Assembly: GCA_963827235.1 (NCBI GenBank)
Contig: CAWHAE010000016.1
Location: 768,001 to 832,000 of the forward strand
From: an uncultured bacterium
GTDB lineage: Bacteria; Chloroflexota; UBA5177; JANWHV01
Direction: 5' to 3'
DNA length: 64,000 nucleotides
The notes under the pieces are model-generated. The model ran no database searches and was not told where the DNA came from. It saw only the letters and a program-made list of their open reading frames with translations. Position numbers and translations under genes: made by a program. Below are positions 19,296 to 28,681 of the stretch, in pieces. The first letter of the stretch is position 1. Every line of letters begins with the position of its first letter.

Positions 19296-20255
19296 CTAGT
19301 CCCATTTGGCCAACGCCGTGCCGTCCCACGTGAACTTGTGAACGTCGCCTCCGGCGCTGTCGGTCACGTACACGACAGCGTGGTGTCTGTCGACGACGTC
19401 GAACAGACGCGTGACCCCGGTGAACTGGCCGCGGCCCGTCCCCCACGATCCCCACCAGCCCAGCACCTTGCCGTCGCTCGACAGCATCTGGAGGCGATGA
19501 TTGCCGGAGTCTGCCACATAGACGCTGCCGCTGCTGTCGGTGGCAACGTCGTCCGGCTGGTCGTACTGCCCCAGCCGTTGTCCCCGCTTACCCCAAAGTG
19601 CGAGGAGCTTGCCCTTCGAGGACAACACCTCGATGCGGTTGCTCGCCGTGTCGGCCACGTAGATCTTGCCCTGCTTGCCGATGGCGATGCCCTGCGGCCC
19701 GGATCCCTTGGTCTTCCAGATGGCGAGCGGTACACCGGCCGGCGAGAACACGAGGATTCGGTTGGTGCTGGCATCGGTCAGATAGACACGTCCCTGTGTA
19801 TCTATGGCCAAGCCCTGAGGATCGAATCCCAGAGGCCATAGGGCCAGCCGCCTGCCAGAGCTGGAAAACTCCTGTATCTTGCCGGCGCTGGCAACGTACA
19901 CGTCGTCGTGTGCGTCGATAGCAATCGGCCCCGGTCCGGAGTCAGTTTCCGCGGGACCGCCGAAACTACGCCAGGTGGCGAGTAGCTTGCCCGCGGAAGA
20001 GAGCTTTACCACGCGCCGGTTCGCATTGTCTGCCACGTACACGTTTCCCGCTGCATCGGCCGCGAGATAGGTCGGGTCGCTGAATCGCAGGACTCCGCGT
20101 GCCGGGCCGGTCTGGCTCATGGCCCAGCTCGCCCCTCTCACGACGGTCACCGCCACGACGATGCCTATGCCGATCAGCAGCACTCCAAGCAACATCCCGA
20201 CCAGCGCCGCGGAGCGCGCCTGCTGCCGGGAGACTCCGCTTGTCGCGGATGCCAT
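19296..20255 (-). CDS. Membrane-anchored NHL-repeat beta-propeller protein
   Basis: N-terminal TM helix; repeated P.G.AID..G.VYVAD..N.RI motifs. Confidence 0.88.
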   Translation of the reverse strand: MASATSGVSRQQARSAALVGMLLGVLLIGIGIVVAVTVVRGASWAMSQTGPARGVLRFSDPTYLAADAAGNVYVADNANRRVVKLSSAGKLLATWRSFGGPAETDSGPGPIAIDAHDDVYVASAGKIQEFSSSGRRLALWPLGFDPQGLAIDTQGRVYLTDASTNRILVFSPAGVPLAIWKTKGSGPQGIAIGKQGKIYVADTASNRIEVLSSKGKLLALWGKRGQRLGQYDQPDDVATDSSGSVYVADSGNHRLQMLSSDGKVLGWWGSWGTGRGQFTGVTRLFDVVDRHHAVVYVTDSAGGDVHKFTWDGTALAKWD

Positions 20256-20868
20256 ACCATCACTCCCGTCCCTACACTCTGCGGTGTACGGTACTGTGGC
20301 AGTTTTTTATCGGTCAAGCCTTCACCGGCAGAGGCCGGCGACGTTTCGTTAGCGGCACACACCTCCGTTGCGGGCTGCGATCGGGACGCGTCACCGGGGA
20401 ACCGTCTGCAGCGGCACGGAGCACCACGCGCGAGACACGCGGCAGGTCGGACGGCTCGCACCGCCGTCCAGAGCAGGATTCTGGACTATTAGAAACATCG
20501 TGTCGTTCTCATTTGGCCCGAGACCACCACGATTCGAGCACGCATCGAAGCAATCATGACTGTTTGCATGAACAGCAGTTGCCAACCGTGGCCTGGCAGT
20601 AGTATGGTGGGACAGTCGTGTGTCTGGTTCGGCCGGACATAGCAGCGGCTGTTGCGACAGCAGAGAGGACCCGTTCACCGGTCAGCGAACAGCTTGGGCT
20701 GGAAGCTGCTTGCCGGCACGAATCGGCATCACGCCAGCTCCGGAAGCCGGACGGATGCTCGCGTTCGCCGGTGAAACATAGCAGGCGCCGCTCGACGATG
20801 CGCCCACTGGAGGGAGACGCTGCAAAGCTGCATCCTCGCGCGTGCAGCGCATGGCACGACGCCCATCC

Positions 20869-20952
20869 ACTGAAAGCCGGCTACCCGTCGCGAGATAGGG
20901 CCACGGCACCAATGGTCTCGGACTGACCGAGACAGCCCTGCTGCCGGCGCCA
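20869..20952 (+). ncRNA. Degenerate c-di-GMP-I (GEMM) riboswitch-like element
   Basis: Colinear with the riboswitch at 30441: ACCCGTCGCGAGATAGGG..CCAATGGTCTCGG..CCGAGACAGCCC..TGCC. The GGTAAA and CAAAG ligand-pocket segments are substituted. Confidence 0.6.
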
Positions 20953-21056
20953 ACCTTATCGCGTCCTCCTGGACGTACGTGGGAGGTGTCCAGTACGAAA
21001 AATCTGGTAGGCCGGCTCCGGGAGCTCATCCGATAGAGTTCAACAGAAAGCACGAC

Positions 21057-22703
21057 ATGCGATCGGTATATTCCCTGGTTCTTGCGTTCGGGCTCGTAGC
21101 TCTCGGCATGCCTCGTGCAACCGCGAGCGCGGAGACTGTGAACGTCACTATCGCCAGCGTGACTGTTGCTCCCAGCACGATTCAGCAGACAGATACCGTG
21201 AGCTTGAGCACGTCGGTAACCAGCTTCTCCTCCCTGGCCAACGTGATCGTCGACTTCGAGGTGCTCGACTCAGCGAACAACAGTGTCTATCAGACCTGCC
21301 TGACCGGGATTGACCTCACCGCCAACGCACAGCGCAGCTTCTCGGTTCCCTGGCTGGTCCCCGCCGGCCTGCCGGCAGGCACATATCAGCTCCGGACCGG
21401 CGCGATCAACGCCTGGTGGTCGTACACCTATGCCTGGAGCGACACGGCCGCGGCGATCTCGGTCGAGGGCACCAGCACGAGTATCAGTATCGTGAGCGGC
21501 TCGGTCACTCCGGCTACACTAGCCCCGTCCGGCACCGCCAGCCTGGCCGCCGTGGTGGGCAGCACAGCGGCCTTGTCCGGTGCCCTCGTCGATTTCGAGA
21601 TCTACGACGGGCAGAACAACCGGGTCTTCCAGACCTACCAAAGCGGAATTGCTCTCGCGGCCAACGCCCAGCAGACCGTCACGGCTTTGTGGACTGTTCC
21701 GCCGAGCCAGCCGGGCGGCATCTATCTGCTGCGCGTAGGCGTATTCGACGGGACGTGGTCCTACCGTTATGCCTGGCTCTCCCCAGCCGCGAGCTTCACC
21801 ATCACGGCTCCTCCACCAGCCGGCCCGCCGGGCTCGTCTGCTGTGGCATTCGGTGTGGAGATTCCGGGAGACCTCTGGAATCCGTCGGTGATCGACAGCT
21901 TCACCGCGATGGTTGGTACGGCGCCCAAGATCGTCATGTGGTACCAGGACTGGGTCAGCGATAGCGGCTTCCACCTGGCCTCCATGCAAGCGTACGCCGC
22001 ACGGGGTGAGGTACCCGTAGTGACATGGCTTCCAGATGCGGCTGGTTCGTTGCTCAACTTCGATGCCGCGGTTGCGAGTGGCAGCTACGATGGTTTCCTG
22101 CACCAGTGGGCGCAGGCGGCCGCAGCCTGGGGCCATCCGTTTTACCTGCGATTTGCCCCCGAAATGAATGGTCCCTGGGAAGGATTCTCACCCGGCGTCA
22201 ACGGCAATACGACGGCCGACTATGTCGCGATGTGGCGGCACGTGCACGATCTCTTCGTGCAGGACGGCGCCGTCAACGTCCGCTGGGTTTGGTGCCCGAA
22301 CATCGATTCATACGGCTCGACTCCCTACGCAGCCGTCTATCCGGGCGATGCGTACGTGGACTGGGTCGGCTTCGACGGCTACAACTGGGGGCACTACGAT
22401 CAGTGGCATTGGTGGACCTCGCTGCACGACGTGTTCGCGCTATCGTATGCCGATCTCACGGCTCTCACGAGCAAGCCAATTATGATTGGCGAGACGGCGT
22501 CCACGGAAATCGGCGGAGACAAGGCGGCCTGGATTACCGAGGGATTCCTGAACGACATCCCCGCGTACTTTCCCCGCGTCCGTGCCGTGATCTGGTTTGA
22601 CGAGGACAAAGAGGTCGATTGGCGGGTGAACTCCTCACAGTCCTCGCTTGCCGCGTTCCAGCAGGTGGCAGCTTCCCCACTTTACCAGGGTCAGCTTCCA
22701 TAG
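21057..22703 (+). CDS. Secreted GH26 glycoside hydrolase with two N-terminal Ig-like modules
   Basis: Signal peptide; LRFAPEMNGPW (acid/base), YPGDAYVDWVGFDGYNWG, KPIMIGETAS (nucleophile), WF..DKE.DWR. Confidence 0.9.
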   Translation: MRSVYSLVLAFGLVALGMPRATASAETVNVTIASVTVAPSTIQQTDTVSLSTSVTSFSSLANVIVDFEVLDSANNSVYQTCLTGIDLTANAQRSFSVPWLVPAGLPAGTYQLRTGAINAWWSYTYAWSDTAAAISVEGTSTSISIVSGSVTPATLAPSGTASLAAVVGSTAALSGALVDFEIYDGQNNRVFQTYQSGIALAANAQQTVTALWTVPPSQPGGIYLLRVGVFDGTWSYRYAWLSPAASFTITAPPPAGPPGSSAVAFGVEIPGDLWNPSVIDSFTAMVGTAPKIVMWYQDWVSDSGFHLASMQAYAARGEVPVVTWLPDAAGSLLNFDAAVASGSYDGFLHQWAQAAAAWGHPFYLRFAPEMNGPWEGFSPGVNGNTTADYVAMWRHVHDLFVQDGAVNVRWVWCPNIDSYGSTPYAAVYPGDAYVDWVGFDGYNWGHYDQWHWWTSLHDVFALSYADLTALTSKPIMIGETASTEIGGDKAAWITEGFLNDIPAYFPRVRAVIWFDEDKEVDWRVNSSQSSLAAFQQVAASPLYQGQLP

Positions 22704-22811
22704 GGACGAGCGCGATACAACGTCACGGAGCGTCCAGCCGGGTCTGCTGCCGAACAGACGGAGGCGCGGCCACGCTCGGTTTCGGCAACGCAAGCGACCG
22801 GCACGGAGCGA

Positions 22812-24176
22812 TCATGGAGCACGCCTCTGATAGACCGGCGAGGCCACGACCTGCCGGTATGCCGCGAGCGTGGCAGGAGAAGAGTCTACTCGCCAGTCTT
22901 CCTCCTTGTTCTCATCGAACCAGACCACTGCCCGAACTCGCGGGAAACTGGCGGGTAGGTCGTGAAGCAACCAGTCCACGATCCAGGTTGGCTTGTTCCC
23001 GCCCAGCTCGGTAGAGCCGATCTCCGAAATCATGATCGGTTTTGACGAAAGTCCCATCAAGCTCTCGATCGAGGGACCGAACAGCTGGTACCCACTTATC
23101 CATGTGTGAATATCTCCATTCGGTCCCCAATTGTACCCGTCCAGTCCCATCCAGTCGACGTATGCATCACCGGGATAGACGGAAGCAAACGGCACGCTGC
23201 CTTCAAACTCGATGTTGGGCGCCCACACCCATTGCACGTTCGTCGCGTGCTCCGCGGCGAATAAGTCATGAATATGTCGCCAGGCAGCTACAAATGTTTC
23301 CGCGGTGTTTCCATTTACGCCCGGGCTCCAGGCGTTCCAGTTGCCGTTCTCCTCCCCGGCGAAACGCAGGAGGGTCGGCTTCCGGTACGCAGCAGCATCG
23401 CGTGCATACTGCTGGATAAACGTGTCGTACGATCCATCCAGGATTTTCCCGTCGGGCACGTCGGGCTCCCACGAGATCATCGGCGTCACTCCGCGACGGC
23501 TGTATTCGCGCAGGAGACCGGTGTTGAGATTGCGGGCATCGGGCGAGAGCCACGATTGGTAGTAGTTCACGATCGCCGGCATTCGCCCTGTGAGCTTGGC
23601 GTACTGATCCACCACCCCCGGATCGCTCTCGGCTCCCGGCATCCAGGCACCCAGAGCGATCGTGTTGGGGGCAGCCACGACGAAGAGATCGGTACAACAG
23701 CTCTCCGCGTAGTGAGTCGTCCAGTCTGCACTGAATACGTTGACCAGCGCGTGGTAACTGCCCGCCGGCTGCGTCGCAGGAATAGCCCACGTTGCCGAAA
23801 GAGGCTTGTAGCTGCCCGCCGGCAGGTTGAGCGTGGCTCGATAGGCATACACGCTCGACCACGTTGGGCTGTACACCTCGACCGAGACGCTAACGCCCGT
23901 GAGTGCCATGCTCGATGCGATTGCCGTGTGCAAGACTGTTCGCCTGCCGGCCAGGTGTGCGGAAGGCTGCGTGGTGAGGTCAGCTATCGAGATCGTGACG
24001 CCGTCGATTGTGGCTGGTGCGCGCACCGCGTCGCTCGGATGGTACCTGGGGCCGGCAGTTGGCAGACCCAGGAAAGGCCCTACGTGGGGTCCGGTCGACT
24101 CGGCGCGCAGCACCTGCACGGCGACATAGGTCACGATGAGCAGCCCCACCACGACAGTCACCGCCCTGCGATTCAT
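22812..24176 (-). CDS. GH26 glycoside hydrolase with N-terminal anchor/signal and one Ig-like module
   Basis: ISWEP, LRFAGEENGNW, YPGDAYVDWMGLDGYNWG, KPIMISEIG. Confidence 0.9.
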   Translation of the reverse strand: MNRRAVTVVVGLLIVTYVAVQVLRAESTGPHVGPFLGLPTAGPRYHPSDAVRAPATIDGVTISIADLTTQPSAHLAGRRTVLHTAIASSMALTGVSVSVEVYSPTWSSVYAYRATLNLPAGSYKPLSATWAIPATQPAGSYHALVNVFSADWTTHYAESCCTDLFVVAAPNTIALGAWMPGAESDPGVVDQYAKLTGRMPAIVNYYQSWLSPDARNLNTGLLREYSRRGVTPMISWEPDVPDGKILDGSYDTFIQQYARDAAAYRKPTLLRFAGEENGNWNAWSPGVNGNTAETFVAAWRHIHDLFAAEHATNVQWVWAPNIEFEGSVPFASVYPGDAYVDWMGLDGYNWGPNGDIHTWISGYQLFGPSIESLMGLSSKPIMISEIGSTELGGNKPTWIVDWLLHDLPASFPRVRAVVWFDENKEEDWRVDSSPATLAAYRQVVASPVYQRRAP

Positions 24177-24442
24177 GTATATGGCGACTATCCTGGCGGT
24201 GCGTGGACTGGACCGTTACGTTGATCGTACTGCATATTGAACCTTGGTAGGCACGCAGATGTGCTCGAACCAGGCTCAACGGTACCGACAAGACCGCGGA
24301 GCCGCCTTGCAGCGGGCGCTCTCGTCGTCGATTCTCGACGTCGCATCCCGAGCGACCCATCTCTCAGCCTCGTAGTGTACGTGTTGCGCTGCCCTGGCGA
24401 CGGCCACGCTGGGCCCGCGGCTACATCCATAGCCATAGGAGA

Positions 24443-25882
24443 GTGATAGCTGTGCCCGACCTTGGGATCAGACTCGACTGGCCGAGCGTGCCCGGCTATG
24501 TGATGCTGTTTCTGATCAGCATCATTGGCTTCCGGCTGCTCTACTACTTTGACAGCTACTTCTTTCACTGGCGTCTCTATCGCAAAGTGCAGCGGGTCAC
24601 CAACGACGACCTTCGAGCCCTGGCTGAGTTACCGTTCGTCAAGATCCAGGTTACGACCGCGGGAACAGTTGGTAGCACCGAGGTGATTCGCCGGGGCATC
24701 CAGAACGTGGTCGACCTGGCCATGGAAGCCCCAGAGCTCTACGGCGGCAAGATCAGCGTGGAAGTGATTACCATGCCGTCCGAACAGGTGCAGGCCTTGG
24801 GAGCGGAATTCGCAGGCGCCCCTATACCGGTCGAGATCCTGGTCGTCCCTCCGGAGTACCAGACGCCGCTCGGCACGAAGCTGAAAGCCCGGCAGATGCA
24901 CTGGATCGTAGAGAGGCGGCGGCAGGGATACAACCGAAAGCCGGGGCGAACGTTCATCGTCCACTACGACGAAGACAGCGTGATGATGCCGCGCGAGATG
25001 CGCAAGCTTATCCGGTACCTGGCCACGACGGACAAGAAGCTGACCGAAGGTCCCATCTATTATCCCCTTGAGTATGACCGTGCCAGCCTGATCTGCCAGG
25101 CCATGGAAGCCAATCGACCGGTCGGATGCTTCGAGTGTCGCGAGGTGATGGAAGCCGGCACTCCGCTGCATCTGCACGGGTCGAATCTCGTGCTTGACGA
25201 GGAACTGGAAAACGACCTCGGCTGGGACCTCGGCACGCTCGGCGGCCAGGCGTTCATAGCTGAAGACTTCGTCTTCGGTATGCTGGCCTACCTGAAGGAG
25301 GGGCCGCAGGTCTTCGGCTGGCACGGCGCGGTCATGCTGGAGGAACCGCCGTTCTCCCTCAGGAGCGCCTTCAAGCAGCGCTATCGGTGGGTGCTGGGCA
25401 CCTTGCAAGGCCTGTCGATGATGCATCGCATGCCGGAGTACCATCGCCTGGCGCCTCGGGAGCGCTTCAATCTGATCTGGGGCACAAGGTATCGTATCCT
25501 GACTTTCGCGCTGGGTCTGCCTACCGGCATTACGTCGTTGCTCTACCTGCTCTATCAGGCCTGGCTCCTGATCACCGGGCACAGCTTTCTGCCGCTGCCG
25601 GCACCGTTCATCGTCTGGCTGATCATCGTCGGCGTACTCTGGATCAACTCGCTGCTGATCGGCGTGTGGTACAACCTGGCCGAGCCGGTGCCGGCGCCGG
25701 CAGCCACGCGCTGGATGACGGCGATGCGGGTGCTGACCGTGGCGCCCATCGCCGGCGTGTCGGAGAGCACTGCTGCCGTCTGGGCCGTCTTCAACTGGTT
25801 GCTGGGCAACCGCGCGGTCTCCTGGCAGCCGACGCCCAAGACTGTAGAGGCCGATGGCATCGTCAGCCGCGGAGTGGCCTAG
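24443..25882 (+). CDS. Membrane GT2 glycosyltransferase, Egghead/BRE-3 (beta-1,4-mannosyltransferase)-like, with synthase motifs
   Basis: GGAG SD and GTG start; N-terminal TM; TKLKARQMHW, IVHYDEDS, EGPIYY, HGSNL, IAEDFVFG, EEPPFS...KQRYRW; C-terminal TMs ending W.PTPK. Confidence 0.85.
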   Translation: MIAVPDLGIRLDWPSVPGYVMLFLISIIGFRLLYYFDSYFFHWRLYRKVQRVTNDDLRALAELPFVKIQVTTAGTVGSTEVIRRGIQNVVDLAMEAPELYGGKISVEVITMPSEQVQALGAEFAGAPIPVEILVVPPEYQTPLGTKLKARQMHWIVERRRQGYNRKPGRTFIVHYDEDSVMMPREMRKLIRYLATTDKKLTEGPIYYPLEYDRASLICQAMEANRPVGCFECREVMEAGTPLHLHGSNLVLDEELENDLGWDLGTLGGQAFIAEDFVFGMLAYLKEGPQVFGWHGAVMLEEPPFSLRSAFKQRYRWVLGTLQGLSMMHRMPEYHRLAPRERFNLIWGTRYRILTFALGLPTGITSLLYLLYQAWLLITGHSFLPLPAPFIVWLIIVGVLWINSLLIGVWYNLAEPVPAPAATRWMTAMRVLTVAPIAGVSESTAAVWAVFNWLLGNRAVSWQPTPKTVEADGIVSRGVA

Positions 25883-28428
25883 TGAGGCGACTGCGGGCGC
25901 TGGTGGTGTTTCTGCTCTTCAGCTGCAGCGGAGCCGCGGTATTTGCAGTCTATCTCATCGTGCCGTCGATCATCGCGGTGAACGCCATCTTCCAGGGCAG
26001 CGTGGTGGGATTGATCGCCGTCCTGGCAACGCTCGCGGTTACGGAAGTGCTGATCTTCGGCGTGCTGATCAGGACAACCTGGCGTCGAGCGGCGCTGCTC
26101 ATCCTGCAAGAGCGTCGCGCATCGGTTCGTCAGAAGGCCAGCTTCCACGTCGAGATCAGTGAGCCACACGCCGGTGCGCTGGCTCCGGGTCAAAGGATCC
26201 GTGCTTTGGCCGTCGACTCGAGTGCCGGCGGACTGGCCGTCCTCGTGGAGCCGAATCAGTGGGCAGCGGGCCGAGCAGGCTCGCGCATGTGCCTGCACTT
26301 GCGGGAGAATGCGACCGTAGAGGCTGAACCGGTCGATCTCGCCCGCGTCGTGGTCGACGGCCGCCCTCACGACCTGATCAGACTTCGCCTAGCCGACGCC
26401 GGTGCAATCCTGCGACCTCCGAACGGCGGTCTGGTCGACCGACAGTCCAATGGGCACGGCCCGTCGGTCGACGGCAGCATTGCCATCCCGAGCAACGGTC
26501 ACGTCGTAACCGGTAGCCACGACGCAGCCGGTAGGCATGTGGGAGCGGGCGTGCTGTCCGTGCTGGCGGCGTTGGGCCTTGGGATCCGCCGGCTGGCCGC
26601 GGTTCTGCCATGGCCGCTTTGGCTCGTTCTGGGCGTGCAGGCGGGCGCAGCGCTCAGCCTGAGCAATACGGCCTTCCAGGATGAAGCCACGTACCTCTTC
26701 GCGGGCCGGCAGATCGTCCACCACCTCGTGGGCGGTCCCGCTCCGACCATGTATGTGGGCGACTTCCTTGCCGGCACCACGCTGTATCCCACGCTGGCAG
26801 GTGCGCTCGACCTCGCGGGCGGGTTGGAAGCGGCGCGATTGTTCAGCCTCTTCTGCATGCTGTGTGCGACGCTAGGAGTCTACCTGGCTGCCAAGGTCCT
26901 CTACGACCGCACCAGCGGGCTCTTCGCCGCGTCCTTGTTCGGCGTCCAGGGATCCGTCCTGTTTCTCAGCCACTTCGCCACGTTTGACGCGATGTGCGTG
27001 GGACTGCTGTCGCTCGCCGCCGCCATGGCCGTCTGCGCCGGTGCGTCGCGCAGGCTCTGGCTTTCCCCGGCTGTCTCGGTCGTAGTGCTGCTTGCCGTCG
27101 CCACGACGTACATTGCCGTTCTCTATGTGCCGACGATACTGGCTCTTCTCTGCTGGAAGGCATTCGTGGAACACGGATGGCGACAGATGCTGCTCCGCGG
27201 CGCGCTGGCAGGCGGAGTGCTGGGCGCTGCCGGCGGCTACGCCTTGTCCCGGTATCCTACCGCAATCTCCGCCTTCGACTCGGCCATCCTGCACCGCAAT
27301 GCCGCTGTCCCAGAACCCTGGACGGTGCTCGTGCAGCTAGTTGTCTACCTGACCGTCCTCGTAACGGTACTGGCAGTCGCAGGCGTGTTCTTCAGTGGCG
27401 GCGCCCGCCTCCCGCTGGCCCTGTCGCTGCTCGTGACGTCACTGGCAGCTCCCGCGTACCACATCTACGACGGCGAGTTCACCTCGCTTCAGAAACATGT
27501 TACCTACGGCCTCATCTTCATCGCGCCCGTGGCCGGCTATGCGCTGACTCGGCTGGGCGGCCATCGCCGGCTGCTCGGCGTTGTGCTCTGCCTGCTCATC
27601 TTCACGACCGGGTACCAGGCAGATCGGCGGCTCTTCGATTGGTGGCCCAACAGCAGCTCCATGATTGCCGTGGTGCGGAGCCAGGTGCAGCCGGGCGATC
27701 GTATCCTTGCCGAGGAAGATGAGGTGCTTCAGTATTATCTGACGAAGTATGAGGCAAGTCTCGGACACCTGCAATGGAGCCAAACGTACAATTTCTCCTA
27801 CTACAATGCCAAGGGGCAGTTCCTACAGGGCGTGCCGGCCTACAAGGCGGCGATCTCCGACGGCTACTTCGACCTGGTGATCCTGCGCTATAGTCCTACT
27901 GTCACCATGGATCGTGCGATCGACGGTGGTCTGCGCGACGGCACCAGGTACGAGCTGGTGGCCAAGATTCCATACGATACCGCCTTTGGCCCGAGTGCCT
28001 ATTGGATCTGGCGCAAGCGCCCGTTGACGGCGGCTCCCAGGCCGCCCCTGCCTGCTCAGGCTGCCGTGCCGCTTCTGGTCGTGCACAACGAGCTCCACAC
28101 GGTCCTCGGCGGCCGGACTCAGCCCTGCAGCCTGCGCGCCAATACGAACGGTCCCATTCAACGCGGCTGCGTCGTGATCTCCAGCCGGTGGCTGCCCTAC
28201 GGCTCCGTAACCTACTCTCTCCGCTATCCTGACGGCACGACACAGACATTCTCGGACAGGGCGGATGGACGGGGACATTCGCTGCACCCATTCGCCGTGC
28301 ACTATCTACCGCCGCTGCACGCGGCGCATGGAGAGCCCTCCACCGTGGTATCGATCCAGGTCACGGCAACAAGCAAGGATGGCACGCAACGACAGGTGGC
28401 GAGCACCCGCTTCACCGTGATGCGGTAG
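25882..28428 (+). CDS. Fusion protein: 2TM + PilZ + GT-C (PMT/ArnT-like) glycosyltransferase + C-terminal extracellular domain
   Basis: GTG overlaps the upstream TAG. PilZ motifs ERRASVR (26110-26130) and DSSAGG (26215-26232); GT-C start FQDEATYL..G, GGLEAARLFSL, ATFDA; multi-TM region; C-terminal beta-rich domain. Confidence 0.85.
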   Translation: MRRLRALVVFLLFSCSGAAVFAVYLIVPSIIAVNAIFQGSVVGLIAVLATLAVTEVLIFGVLIRTTWRRAALLILQERRASVRQKASFHVEISEPHAGALAPGQRIRALAVDSSAGGLAVLVEPNQWAAGRAGSRMCLHLRENATVEAEPVDLARVVVDGRPHDLIRLRLADAGAILRPPNGGLVDRQSNGHGPSVDGSIAIPSNGHVVTGSHDAAGRHVGAGVLSVLAALGLGIRRLAAVLPWPLWLVLGVQAGAALSLSNTAFQDEATYLFAGRQIVHHLVGGPAPTMYVGDFLAGTTLYPTLAGALDLAGGLEAARLFSLFCMLCATLGVYLAAKVLYDRTSGLFAASLFGVQGSVLFLSHFATFDAMCVGLLSLAAAMAVCAGASRRLWLSPAVSVVVLLAVATTYIAVLYVPTILALLCWKAFVEHGWRQMLLRGALAGGVLGAAGGYALSRYPTAISAFDSAILHRNAAVPEPWTVLVQLVVYLTVLVTVLAVAGVFFSGGARLPLALSLLVTSLAAPAYHIYDGEFTSLQKHVTYGLIFIAPVAGYALTRLGGHRRLLGVVLCLLIFTTGYQADRRLFDWWPNSSSMIAVVRSQVQPGDRILAEEDEVLQYYLTKYEASLGHLQWSQTYNFSYYNAKGQFLQGVPAYKAAISDGYFDLVILRYSPTVTMDRAIDGGLRDGTRYELVAKIPYDTAFGPSAYWIWRKRPLTAAPRPPLPAQAAVPLLVVHNELHTVLGGRTQPCSLRANTNGPIQRGCVVISSRWLPYGSVTYSLRYPDGTTQTFSDRADGRGHSLHPFAVHYLPPLHAAHGEPSTVVSIQVTATSKDGTQRQVASTRFTVMR

Positions 28429-28681
28429 ATCTCGGGCGCGACACCCAGCGGACGTCGCGATGTCGACTGCACGGTCTGCCTCTTCCCCGGAAGCGCTGCC
28501 CGGGGTATCGTGGGATGTACCGGGACGTCCTGCCGGCTGACCACGATGCGCGGCCTAGTATCCGCACCGACCCCGCAAGCCTCTTTGAGCGCGTACCGCG
28601 CTTCAGTGAACGATATGTCCAATGCCTCGCAGCCTGCCACATGGTGGCCCTTGCGATGTGATGCAGAGAACGGTCGGCGCA

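Noticed and set aside
25387-25881. N-terminal 165-aa extension of the 1013-aa ORF
   Set aside because: Overlaps the GT2 gene in another frame; the coupled GTG at 25882 is the credible start.
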